IMG/VR virus record: IMGVR_UViG_3300012920_000023
Span: 1 to 64,000 of that record
DNA length: 64,000 bases
Reading direction: 5' to 3' (one strand)
Source of the DNA: a virus
Program-made: the position numbers and the translations under genes
In this document: one piece after another, positions 9,026 through 17,905 of the stretch
Layout: each line of letters begins with the position of its first letter
Numbering within the stretch: the stretch's first letter is position 1
Notes under the pieces: model-generated
Database searches by the model: none
The model's input: the letters and a program-made list of their open reading frames with translations, nothing else
What the model was told of the DNA's origin: nothing

Positions 9026-10150
9026 CTAGGCTTTGTATTGATCAACCCTTGTCGCCGGTTCTAAGGCCGGATTATGAGTGAATGTGAACCATACCTTAAC
9101 TAGAGCCATATCTTTAGTGATTTGACCATTCTTGAGGTTTTTAGTGATAGGTTGAATGTCGATGATATCTTCATCGGGGAGAGTCTCGGCATACTCAAGG
9201 GTTACCCACCGGCGTTTAAAGTGTGATGAAGTATTTCTCGGCGTATATGTGAATGATCTAGACTCGTCTTCCGTACCCTCGGTTTGAATGGGGTCATTTT
9301 GGGGGCTTGTTTTGACCGGTGTCGCATCTTCTGAGGATTCATGATAATAAGTAGTGATTCGGTTCACACTCGGCTTAGAACGCTTAATACGTCGTTTCCT
9401 AGTTTTGCGTTTACCGGTAGCCTTGATAAAGGGTAAAGGCTCAACTGAGTTTTTCTTTTCAAACTCACCTCTTTGGATCTTCTGTAAAGCCGTTAATGCT
9501 ATGATCACCATAATCAATGGGGCTTCGCCGATACTCTTATCACGGATCATATCTGAGGTAGCCATATACTCAAAAATGTTACAGTTGTTCGGCACTTCTA
9601 AGCCAACCCAAGGGGTGTGGGCTTCATCGATTACTTGAACAAGATACCCATCTTCATGTTCCATCGGAATCAAGAGGGTTTGATCAAGGTCGGGTTGGTT
9701 TGATCGAGGGGTCATGCTGTGATCAGTGATCAAGATGCCCATAATATCGCTGTTATCTGTACCCTTTCTTTTAACTTCAAAAGAGAAGTTGCACTCGATG
9801 AAGATCTGACCGTTGGGCATCACCGGCTTGGCGATGATCGTTTCCGGATTGTCTAAACAGAGGTTTATGATGCTCTCAGTCAAGCGGATTCGTTGCCGGC
9901 TTGCGTGGACTCTTCTTATCCCCATGTAGTAATAGAATAGCGTTGTGAACGTCTTGAGGTGATTATTGTACTGCTCAGTCGTCCATCTGTTGAGTTGATC
10001 CGTCATGTACTCAATGTTCTCGGTCATCATGTGATCGGCCCACACTGAGTCATTTTTTTCCTCTAAGTTGAGGATTCCATTTTGACTCTCAATGAAGCGT
10101 TTCCACTTTTGCTGTAAGTATCGTTCTTTACTGACCTTGTTCATCTTCAC
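9026..10150 (-). CDS. Hypothetical early protein with a basic patch
   Basis: 374-aa ORF behind promoter TTGACT-N17-TACAAC (10181-10209); KRKTRKRRIKR segment. Confidence 0.8.
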   Translation of the reverse strand: MKMNKVSKERYLQQKWKRFIESQNGILNLEEKNDSVWADHMMTENIEYMTDQLNRWTTEQYNNHLKTFTTLFYYYMGIRRVHASRQRIRLTESIINLCLDNPETIIAKPVMPNGQIFIECNFSFEVKRKGTDNSDIMGILITDHSMTPRSNQPDLDQTLLIPMEHEDGYLVQVIDEAHTPWVGLEVPNNCNIFEYMATSDMIRDKSIGEAPLIMVIIALTALQKIQRGEFEKKNSVEPLPFIKATGKRKTRKRRIKRSKPSVNRITTYYHESSEDATPVKTSPQNDPIQTEGTEDESRSFTYTPRNTSSHFKRRWVTLEYAETLPDEDIIDIQPITKNLKNGQITKDMALVKVWFTFTHNPALEPATRVDQYKA

Positions 10151-10228
10151 TCCCTTTGAGTAAATATTAAATGATGATCAGTTGTACCTCGCCTTAAAGT
10201 TATAGTCAAGTAAAAAATATATTCTTTT

Positions 10229-11020
10229 TTATTTGCCTATCAACTCCCTAATAAACGGGGGGATTGCTTGAAGAAACCGCCATAACTCTTTGAAGCCCCA
10301 CCGGTCAATCACGTTAAACTCTTCTAAAATCACCAATACGATAAGTATCGCATAAAGGCCAAATATGGAGGCCGGCACAACGACGAATACATTGAAAAAT
10401 CTCTTCCACTTTTCTCTCGGAGTCATTTTGGGAGGGATTACCAATTTCACCTTGTCTGTCTCTTTGGGTCTTCTTAGATCCTCTACATTAGCACCAACGG
10501 CGTATACTTTCATTGGTGCTTTAACCCCTTTCATTTTCCAACTCCCTAGGTTCGCCATCAACATGCCACCACGGACACTACTCGCACTCGCATACTCTCC
10601 GGCAGTCTTACTGAGTAGTGTCTGTCCACCTCCTGCCAAAGACATAATCCGAGCACAGATGTTTTTGTGAATCCCATCCACCTCAACCGGCTTCGCCCCT
10701 CTCGCCACAAATGCTTTATGGTTACTGTGCATCATTACGACACCGCAGTGAATACCAACCCTTGATTTTAGTCCAACGTGTTTCTCTACGAGTGAATGAT
10801 ACTCCTTGCAGTACATTAAGGCTTCTCTCATAGACTCAAAAATCAAGAGAGCACCGTCAGTCTTATCAATCTCAAGGCCATCGTATTTTATTAAAAGACC
10901 TCTGAATATCCGGTCGTATACCCTCATTGCTTCACTCGCACGCTTGTCTCCGACCTTTTCAAAATACTTTGTCGAATTTACAAGGTCAATAATGACCAAG
11001 ATGGCAAACGTGCTGTTCAT
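10229..11020 (-). CDS. Class III adenylate/guanylate cyclase-like protein with C-terminal TM helix
   Basis: IDLVNST, DKTDG, RVGIHCG, NICARIM and GSWKMKG motifs; hydrophobic C-terminal segment. Confidence 0.85.
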   Translation of the reverse strand: MNSTFAILVIIDLVNSTKYFEKVGDKRASEAMRVYDRIFRGLLIKYDGLEIDKTDGALLIFESMREALMYCKEYHSLVEKHVGLKSRVGIHCGVVMMHSNHKAFVARGAKPVEVDGIHKNICARIMSLAGGGQTLLSKTAGEYASASSVRGGMLMANLGSWKMKGVKAPMKVYAVGANVEDLRRPKETDKVKLVIPPKMTPREKWKRFFNVFVVVPASIFGLYAILIVLVILEEFNVIDRWGFKELWRFLQAIPPFIRELIGK

Positions 11021-11362
11021 TTACGAGTCTGCTTTCTTAGACTCCAACTCTGCCTCTATTTTGGCAAGTCGAGTATAAACTTCGCTAGGTGTGATACCGG
11101 CTTGGATTGTTGTCTCTACACGGGCTAATCTTTCGCTCGCATCGTTATCTTTGGGCTTAAGTTGGTTGTTGATCACACCAAAAACTTCAATCCGACCCTG
11201 CCGGTTGCCCTCTATCAAATGCTTGCAGTCATCTAGTTGATGTTGTAGTGCCTGCAATTTGGCTTCAATCTGCGTTACCTGCTTTGAGAACGACCATAGG
11301 AGTCCTGCCCCGGCGACGAGTGCCGGCATGACCTCTTTGATAATATCTGTAAAGCCTTCCAT
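11021..11362 (-). CDS. TM plus coiled-coil protein, abutting the cyclase gene
   Basis: N-terminal hydrophobic helix then heptads; its TAA directly precedes the cyclase ATG. Confidence 0.7.
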   Translation of the reverse strand: MEGFTDIIKEVMPALVAGAGLLWSFSKQVTQIEAKLQALQHQLDDCKHLIEGNRQGRIEVFGVINNQLKPKDNDASERLARVETTIQAGITPSEVYTRLAKIEAELESKKADS

Positions 11363-11442
11363 TTCGCTCTCCTTTTTTTCTGTAGATATAATCACAGTAT
11401 ATATTAATGCGATCCATGTGCATAGAACTGATCAGTTTCTTT

Positions 11443-11458
11443 GTGCACATGCGTGCAC
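11443..11458. promoter_or_regulatory. 16-bp parS-like palindrome, copy 2
   Basis: GTGCAC-ATGC-GTGCAC, intergenic. Confidence 0.7.
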
Positions 11459-11590
11459 CGTGTGGCGACCGGGGCAAAAGCGACCCGTTAGGGACGCTGT
11501 GCCCCTGTTAGTCGTATGAAAAAGCCCAATTTTTTAAAAATTTTTTCTTAAGCGGTGTTATAGGTGTCTTTTTGTTTAGGAGTGTAAGTC

Positions 11591-11707
11591 ATGCTTGCGA
11601 TTGTCATTCTAACTGCGTTTGTGGTGGCGATTAAAATGCTTAACGATCCTATGGCCGTACTGCCGGAGGATTGCAAAGATGACCCTTGGTATGATGAAGT
11701 CGGTTGA
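11591..11707 (+). CDS. 38-aa membrane peptide (not in ORF track)
   Basis: MLAIVILTAFVVAIKMLNDPMAVLPEDCKDDPWYDEVG; AGGAG RBS. Confidence 0.55.
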   Translation: MLAIVILTAFVVAIKMLNDPMAVLPEDCKDDPWYDEVG

Positions 11708-11773
11708 AACATTGACTATATGTGTTATTATTTTGCACGTTACTTGAAATCAAAGACAATAAGGAGTGCCCAA

Positions 11774-12133
11774 ATGGCCAATCTACAGACTATTATTGAG
11801 AGTATTAAAGAGCGTCTCGTTCTTGATGAAATCTACACTATGCCCGACGCCGAGGTTGCCGAGTATCAAGCAAAGATCGACAAGGCAGGGATGAATAAGG
11901 ATCATGCCGGCGTCTTAATGTATCTTGTTCGTGGCAAACACTTTAACTCACCTCGTAAAGCGTGTCCTGCAAGAGAGTGCGAGAAGATCGCCGGTAAAAA
12001 GGCTCTTGATGATCTTATTGGCTTAAAACTTGTCGCTCCGGTAAAAGCCGGTGGTCGCACCACGGGCTATTATGCAACAATGGACGGTTTCCTCATCGGA
12101 AACGGACTCATTCGTCGTCAACTTAAAGTTTAA
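11774..12133 (+). CDS. Hypothetical protein (start MANLQ)
   Basis: AAGGAG RBS; leader MANLQTIIES..VLDE. Confidence 0.75.
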   Translation: MANLQTIIESIKERLVLDEIYTMPDAEVAEYQAKIDKAGMNKDHAGVLMYLVRGKHFNSPRKACPARECEKIAGKKALDDLIGLKLVAPVKAGGRTTGYYATMDGFLIGNGLIRRQLKV

Positions 12134-12141
12134 GAGGTCAC

Positions 12142-12432
12142 ATGAGTGAGCAAGTTGTCGTAGTTTTCTGCAAGATTGTTGGTTCAGAAGAGCAGACTGT
12201 TGAACTGTTTGACGGTACGGTCGAGTTGAGTGGTGAATACCCTAATTCGATTCATCGAGTAGAGAAAACGGGTTGGCAATGTTATACCCGACGGGCTTTT
12301 TGTCTCCCCCGGAAAGACGGCGTTTTCGCAGAAATTAACGTCTATATCCGGGAGTCAGACATTGATAAGTTTACCGACGAGAAGATACTGAACGCAATCT
12401 TTGACACATTTGACTCAGAGGCCAACATCTAA
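12142..12432 (+). CDS. Hypothetical protein
   Basis: GAGG RBS, operonic spacing. Confidence 0.7.
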   Translation: MSEQVVVVFCKIVGSEEQTVELFDGTVELSGEYPNSIHRVEKTGWQCYTRRAFCLPRKDGVFAEINVYIRESDIDKFTDEKILNAIFDTFDSEANI

Positions 12433-12448
12433 CATAGGAAAGTAGTAT

Positions 12449-12766
12449 ATGCCGTTATATAGATATAAGTGCAGAACGTGCACAAGAGAAGTTGAATTGC
12501 ATCAGAGAATGGCCGAGCGTAAGACACCCGACGAGTGTAAATACTGCGATTCGCCGGATATGTATCAAGTCATTACTGCCCCCACATTTGTCTTAAAAGG
12601 GCGTGGGTGGGCGAATGATGGATATAACTATGTGAAGACCCCGGCAGATGAATTGCCGGGATACTCCGACAAAGACAAGCAGGTGATTCTACCAAGCAGG
12701 AAGCAGGACATAAACCCTCCGGCTCCTGTGCCTGCACCATCTGTTGTAAGTGAGGATGATGCATGA
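12449..12766 (+). CDS. FmdB-family zinc-ribbon protein
   Basis: MPLYRYKCxxC...CxxC...F.LKGxGW signature. Confidence 0.85.
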   Translation: MPLYRYKCRTCTREVELHQRMAERKTPDECKYCDSPDMYQVITAPTFVLKGRGWANDGYNYVKTPADELPGYSDKDKQVILPSRKQDINPPAPVPAPSVVSEDDA

Positions 12767-13056
12767 CTTTCTTGGGAGAATATAACAACCCGACCATCCC
12801 CGGGTGGAGATCGCCACTCCGGTGGTTTTATGTGTCTATCAAGAGAGATAGTAAAGGTGCTCCTGTATTTGAAGTTCCAACGTCGGATTTCTTTAAAAAA
12901 CGCCCGGATGGGGCGAATCCGAGCCGGGGTAATCCTCATACTCCTTGGCACAGGATTGAAGAGCACATTGATACAACTCATGTGCACATATATGCCGAGA
13001 GTGAGGATCATGCTAAAACTCGGGCAAAGACACTTTACGAGCAGGAGTACCCATGA
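12763..13056 (+). CDS. Hypothetical protein
   Basis: ATGA overlaps with both neighbours. Confidence 0.7.
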   Translation: MTFLGEYNNPTIPGWRSPLRWFYVSIKRDSKGAPVFEVPTSDFFKKRPDGANPSRGNPHTPWHRIEEHIDTTHVHIYAESEDHAKTRAKTLYEQEYP

Positions 13057-13319
13057 GTGAGAAGAAATTAAGTCCGTTACAGAGCAAGAAGTTCATGGCT
13101 TACCTTATTGCCGAGGCCGGTTGGAAGATAATCTTAGGGTTTCTTCTCTACACTTATGGCAGTGGTATAGAGCATTATAGTTTTATGGTTATGATGACAC
13201 TGATTATCGTCTCCGGCTTTATACAGGTGGGTTACATACTTGGTCAGACTGCTCTTGACAAATACGTCTATCTTGCCGAGAACACACTTGATCAAGATCC
13301 AAAGAACCCGAAGCAATAG
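13053..13319 (+). CDS. Holin-like two-TM protein
   Basis: SKKF-TM-TM-GYILGQ..D pattern, similar to the 39537 ORF. Confidence 0.6.
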   Translation: MSEKKLSPLQSKKFMAYLIAEAGWKIILGFLLYTYGSGIEHYSFMVMMTLIIVSGFIQVGYILGQTALDKYVYLAENTLDQDPKNPKQ

Positions 13320-13500
13320 CGTTTGCAAGTCTTTGATAACCCTCCGGAGAAATCTCTACAACATCGATTCTTGTATGAGTCCACATAGGCTCTAGATGTT
13401 CTTTGGTACGCTCCATATTGATACGGAAATCAGAGCGTGACTCTTGCGGAGTAAGGCCAAGTTGCACGCTACTTAAGCGACCACATTTTACTTCAAACAT
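13219..13500 (-). CDS. Hypothetical protein (start MFEVK)
   Basis: AAGGAG RBS; overlaps the convergent gene by 101 nt. Confidence 0.5.
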   Translation of the reverse strand: MFEVKCGRLSSVQLGLTPQESRSDFRINMERTKEHLEPMWTHTRIDVVEISPEGYQRLANAIASGSLDLDQVCSRQDRRICQEQSDQVCNPPV

Positions 13501-13517
13501 AGTATCTCCTTGTTGAA

Positions 13518-13745
13518 ATGAACCATTATATCGTAATAACAATGACTCCGATTAGGGGAGGAAATCAAGTCTTTACAAGTGCATCAACGTCTTTTCGCAC
13601 TATGGAAGAGGCACAAGAGTACGCTAAAGGGAGTGTATCGTGCCGTGATGCCCGAGTAATACTTAAAACAACGACAACTCCGATAGATGGAGACCATGAA
13701 GTTTCAGAGGTTTTAGTGTTAGAGCGAATGCCGGCAGTTAAGTGA
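13518..13745 (+). CDS. Hypothetical protein
   Basis: 75-aa ORF. Confidence 0.55.
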   Translation: MNHYIVITMTPIRGGNQVFTSASTSFRTMEEAQEYAKGSVSCRDARVILKTTTTPIDGDHEVSEVLVLERMPAVK

Positions 13746-13851
13746 TTTAAAAAAAAGTTAAAAATAATTTTGACTTTCATTTCATCCGGAGTTATATCTT
13801 TGACTATCACTTTAACCGGCTTTTCAAAGCCATTGACAATAAGGGTTCAAG

Positions 13852-14793
13852 ATGAACGCAATTACTCCCCGACACCGCTTTTATAATACGAGCCTACGAC
13901 CTGCATGGTCGGGCATCGAAACCATCAACGCAAGAAGTGCCGACGAGGCTCTTGAGACCGCCGGACTTAATTGGGACGTAAGTGTACAACCCATGTACCT
14001 CGGGAACGGCGAGAAAGTACCCAAGGCAAACGCTATTACACGCAACGATAACGGCTCAGTCCTAGGCGTTGTTGGTAAGCAGTATCGCCCTATTCAGAAC
14101 TCCGAATCACTATCATTTTTTGATGATGTGAGACATCAACTCCCCGACTTTAAGTATGTGAGTGCAGGCTCGATTGGACTCGGCAAGCGAGTATGGTTGC
14201 TCGCCGACTTCGGTGGCTTTGATGCTCAATCCGGCGATGAAGTGAGAAAGCAGATTCTACTGTTTAACTCACATGACGGTTCATCAAGTATGAGTTATGT
14301 ATTTGTACCGGTTCGCCTGTTCTGTAACAATCAGATTGCCATGCTACTAAGCCAAGATAAACTGCTCAAGATTCGCCACTCACAGTCGGCTCAAACACGG
14401 ATTAAGCAGGCTCAAAGCGTCGCCGGTCATGCCATTGAAAATTACTCAAATGTTGAGACAGTATTCAAGACGCTCGCCAATACGCCGTTAACCACCGGCC
14501 TTATCAAGTCATCCCTTGATGTACTTTACCCTCTTGAAGAGACTGAGGGACGAACCTTAACACGCCGTGAGAATACCCGTCGTGAGATTGTACGCTTGAT
14601 TGACGAGGGGCAAGGTCAACATCATCCATCAACGGCGTTTAGCCTCTTTAATGCGTTCACTGAGTATTTTACTCACCACACGCAGGCTAACGGTGAGAAC
14701 GCTAGTGAACGCCGGTGGGATAACAACCTGTTCGGCAAGGGTATGCGTTCAGTGCAGAAAGTGACTAACCACCTCATACTGCAAGCCGGTTAA
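13852..14793 (+). CDS. DUF932 family phage/plasmid protein
   Basis: AGLNWDV, LGVVG..Y.PIQN, NSHDGS, VRLFCNNQ and IRHS motifs; promoter at 13770-13798. Confidence 0.85.
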   Translation: MNAITPRHRFYNTSLRPAWSGIETINARSADEALETAGLNWDVSVQPMYLGNGEKVPKANAITRNDNGSVLGVVGKQYRPIQNSESLSFFDDVRHQLPDFKYVSAGSIGLGKRVWLLADFGGFDAQSGDEVRKQILLFNSHDGSSSMSYVFVPVRLFCNNQIAMLLSQDKLLKIRHSQSAQTRIKQAQSVAGHAIENYSNVETVFKTLANTPLTTGLIKSSLDVLYPLEETEGRTLTRRENTRREIVRLIDEGQGQHHPSTAFSLFNAFTEYFTHHTQANGENASERRWDNNLFGKGMRSVQKVTNHLILQAG

Positions 14794-14814
14794 GTCGGTA
14801 AATATGACCTGTGA

Positions 14815-15141
14815 TCAATCCCCAAAAGGGTTATGGTCATTAAGGTCATAAGCGTCTGCGATCTGAAAGTCAAAGCATTCACAGATGATGGCTCGGTCAG
14901 AGTCAAGGCAGTCGCAAGGTACGACATCTAAGTCTGTTGCACCTATATCATTGGGTAATGGTGCAATCTCGGCATCACTATCCGAGTTGAGATCGGCATC
15001 TCCTCCGGGATCAACGTCAGAATCGACTCCGATATCAGACCTGTCTATCTCTTGATCTTTTCGATTCCGGCTATGTTCATCGCCCTTACAGGCAGACATT
15101 GTGATTGTGAGTGTTAAGAATGCTAAGGCTATTTTCTTCAT
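14815..15141 (-). CDS. Asp-rich lipoprotein
   Basis: MKKIALAFLTLTITMSA-C lipobox; DSDVD..DAD..DSDA tract and Cys pairs. Confidence 0.7.
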   Translation of the reverse strand: MKKIALAFLTLTITMSACKGDEHSRNRKDQEIDRSDIGVDSDVDPGGDADLNSDSDAEIAPLPNDIGATDLDVVPCDCLDSDRAIICECFDFQIADAYDLNDHNPFGD

Positions 15142-15284
15142 GGTTCCCCCTTTAAAATTGTACCTAAAAAGACATTTAGCAGTCCTCTTTAAACAGGTCA
15201 ATCGCCATAAAATAATATTTTATTTTACTTGACTATCAACCGGATAAGTTTAATAATAATCTAGGTTTAAAAAGGAGGGTTGAT

Positions 15285-15371
15285 ATGCCCATAGCATACA
15301 TTATGATTGCCATTTATGTTTACGTTGTGTTCCCATTGATCCTGCTTGCTTTATCTTGTGCAATTTTTTAG
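15285..15371 (+). CDS. 28-aa single-TM peptide (not in ORF track)
   Basis: MPIAYIMIAIYVYVVFPLILLALSCAIF; AAGGAGG RBS; TTGACT promoter at 15229. Confidence 0.6.
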   Translation: MPIAYIMIAIYVYVVFPLILLALSCAIF

Positions 15372-15381
15372 GAGACGATGT

Positions 15382-15660
15382 ATGCAGAGTATTACATACG
15401 AAGTTCGTGTGACCGATTCGGTTCAAGACCAAGTCGAGAGAGCCATTCCCTGTTGGAGTATGACCGAAGCCGGGAGGGTTAAAACCTTTCTTTTAAGGCA
15501 GATGATTCTTGAGACTGAATCTGAGAGAGAGGGTACACCGCTCCCCTCAAGTGAGGATATTGAGTCCATCATGTACGACAAATATCAAAAATCTGTCGTG
15601 ATTGTTGAGGTCGAAAGGGCGATGGAGTCGCCGACTTTCTCCGACATTCTAAAGCCTTAA
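15382..15660 (+). CDS. Hypothetical protein (start MQSIT)
   Basis: AGGAG RBS. Confidence 0.7.
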   Translation: MQSITYEVRVTDSVQDQVERAIPCWSMTEAGRVKTFLLRQMILETESEREGTPLPSSEDIESIMYDKYQKSVVIVEVERAMESPTFSDILKP

Positions 15661-15747
15661 AAAGAAAGAGTTTTTTTATCTTGACTTTTGGTTTAGCAAG
15701 CCACAAATTGCTAACACTTAATATATTACCTTAAAGGAGGGTAAAAA

Positions 15748-16392
15748 ATGAAAAATGACTTTGATGCCTTTACTGAAAAAGTGGGCAACCGGTTGATCAA
15801 GAACGTAAAAGATTTGAGTGACGCACTCGAGTGCAGTGCCTATAATCGTCTGCTCCCAAACTTACAGGTGGCGGTGACAAACCTACCTAAGTATTTGGGC
15901 GATAGGGCTTATGAGAAAATGGAGAAAATGGAATCATCTGCATGGAGGGACTTTTCCGGAGTAAAAGCGAGTCCTATGATTTCACCTAATCTGCTGTTTG
16001 ACTTGGGGAGTAAGATCATTAGTTACCCATTTGTAATGAGTGATTTCATCGAAGCCTTAGAAGCCGGCCATGAATACGGTTGCAGGTGTCTATATGAGTC
16101 CGAAGCAAAGGGCGATTGGGTCAACGGAGTAACCGATAAATATGAAGTTGATTTAATCAAGCCTAGAGGTGATTTAAGCAAGCGTTTTAAGGTCAGAGTA
16201 AGCGTTAGAGGGTGCGAGTGGACATACTCATCTCATGACGATAATGATTCGGCAGAGTCTCATAGGCAGGCGATACTGACTCGTTTCCTTGATTGGAAAG
16301 AGGAGTACCCGGCGACTTTTGATCAATGGGATTATGCAGAGGCATTTTTAGAGGACATTAACATCACTGCCGAGGTGATTGAGTATCATTAA
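15748..16392 (+). CDS. Hypothetical protein
   Basis: 214-aa ORF; AAGGAGG RBS. Confidence 0.8.
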   Translation: MKNDFDAFTEKVGNRLIKNVKDLSDALECSAYNRLLPNLQVAVTNLPKYLGDRAYEKMEKMESSAWRDFSGVKASPMISPNLLFDLGSKIISYPFVMSDFIEALEAGHEYGCRCLYESEAKGDWVNGVTDKYEVDLIKPRGDLSKRFKVRVSVRGCEWTYSSHDDNDSAESHRQAILTRFLDWKEEYPATFDQWDYAEAFLEDINITAEVIEYH

Positions 16393-16472
16393 AACTCCGG
16401 GGTTGCAGGTGGGTTTGCAAAACCTCAGATTTTAAAGTAGACTATGATGTATACTTAAAAGGAGTGTGCATT

Positions 16473-17252
16473 ATGGTTAGTTCATTGGGCGGTGATTATA
16501 CCGAGTTAGAAATCGATTTGATTGACCACAACCCGTGGAACCCAAATCAAATGAACGATAAGCAGTTTGAACGGCTCATGAGAGAGATCGGCGAGTCCGG
16601 CATGATAGCACCTATACAGGTTGTTCCGATGGATGGCCGGTATAGGATCATCGGAGGTGCACATCGTTTTCAAGTCTGTCAACTATTAGAGTATGAACGC
16701 ATTCCTGCGGTGATTTTGACCGATGAGAAATGGCAAGATGAGGGTCTTCAAAAGTTAGAAACGGTCAGATTGAACATCATTAAAGGCGGTCTAAATGCTG
16801 AAAAGATGATTAACCTTTATAATGACGTTTCCGATCAGTTTGGCGACGAGGCTATGTCAGACCTATTGGGCTTTACAGACGAGCGTGCATTGGCCAAAAT
16901 AATAGGCGACGTTAAGCGTAGTATGAAAGACGCCGGACTGCCTGCGGAGGCTATTGAGCAACTAGAGCATGAAGCGGACAAGATAAAAGACTCTAGTAAG
17001 TTCCTTGACCGCTTAGGGGCTATTCTAGAAAAGATATATGCACAGTATGGTGACTCAGTTGACAACCGTTTTATCTATTTTGATTGGGGTGGGAAAAAGC
17101 ACCTTTATTTGGAAACCACCGGGCCGACTTTTAAGCGAGTTCAGAAAGTGATGGCACACATTAAAGATAACGATCTGAACGCAGACAAGTTCTTTAGAGA
17201 CTTGATGGACAAAGCCCTCCGAGACTTAGAGCAGGAGTCCGACGATGGGTAA
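16473..17252 (+). CDS. ParB/Srx-domain protein
   Basis: IDHNPWNPN, G.IAPIQV, YRIIGGAHRF and LN.IKG motifs; HTH-like EAMSDLLGFTDERAL. Confidence 0.85.
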   Translation: MVSSLGGDYTELEIDLIDHNPWNPNQMNDKQFERLMREIGESGMIAPIQVVPMDGRYRIIGGAHRFQVCQLLEYERIPAVILTDEKWQDEGLQKLETVRLNIIKGGLNAEKMINLYNDVSDQFGDEAMSDLLGFTDERALAKIIGDVKRSMKDAGLPAEAIEQLEHEADKIKDSSKFLDRLGAILEKIYAQYGDSVDNRFIYFDWGGKKHLYLETTGPTFKRVQKVMAHIKDNDLNADKFFRDLMDKALRDLEQESDDG

Positions 17253-17904
17253 CAGAGACATACCGGTAGACGTTCAGCATATAAGACATAAAAAGTTTAA
17301 GGTGCTTCCCTTTTACCAAGAGATTCTTACTATGTTTGAAGAGGGTCAATCGCTCCGCACAGTGGCAAAGTTCTGTCGTGCGAGGGGCTTTTTCGTTGAG
17401 GATGGAGACAGTACTCTACTTTCGGGCTTAAGTCGCCTTAGATCAGATGAAGTCACCGGCTACAACAAGGAGTTTAAAGCACCTCAGAGAGCCAAGGAAA
17501 ATCAAGATTTGATTGATCCGAAGTCTTTGATTGAAATAGACACGACCGATGAGTTGGAACGCTTATATCGATTGCAGTTAGGTCGGGTCAACATGGCGGT
17601 TAAGTTTGAACGCAAGATGAAAGTCCTCAACAGAAATATCGTCCGTGAGGTCGAGGCTTGTGCCTCTATTCTTCAAAGGAAACATGAGGTCGAGAATGTT
17701 GATGGAAACAATGGCATTGTAAATAATCTTACAGTTCGCCCGGAGATAGAGTTAAACTTAGGGGAACAGAGCACTAAGGCTTTAAGTAGTCCGGAGAGTG
17801 CGAGTAGAGTCCTCTCCGTAGCGAAAGGGTTAGCACGTCTTGGCTTGGGTGCTCCAACTGAGTCGGGCACTATTGATGTGCTTGACGAAACTAAGGAGAC
17901 TTAA
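17245..17904 (+). CDS. Putative terminase small subunit
   Basis: Position directly before TerL; N-terminal HTH-like GQSLRTVAKF; helical body. Confidence 0.55.
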   Translation: MGNRDIPVDVQHIRHKKFKVLPFYQEILTMFEEGQSLRTVAKFCRARGFFVEDGDSTLLSGLSRLRSDEVTGYNKEFKAPQRAKENQDLIDPKSLIEIDTTDELERLYRLQLGRVNMAVKFERKMKVLNRNIVREVEACASILQRKHEVENVDGNNGIVNNLTVRPEIELNLGEQSTKALSSPESASRVLSVAKGLARLGLGAPTESGTIDVLDETKET

Positions 17905-17905
17905 A

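Noticed and set aside
12469-12483. GTGCAG-AAC-GTGCAC as another palindrome copy
   Set aside because: The spacer is 3 nt rather than 4 and the core does not match; other isolated GTGCAC sites also lack a partner arm.
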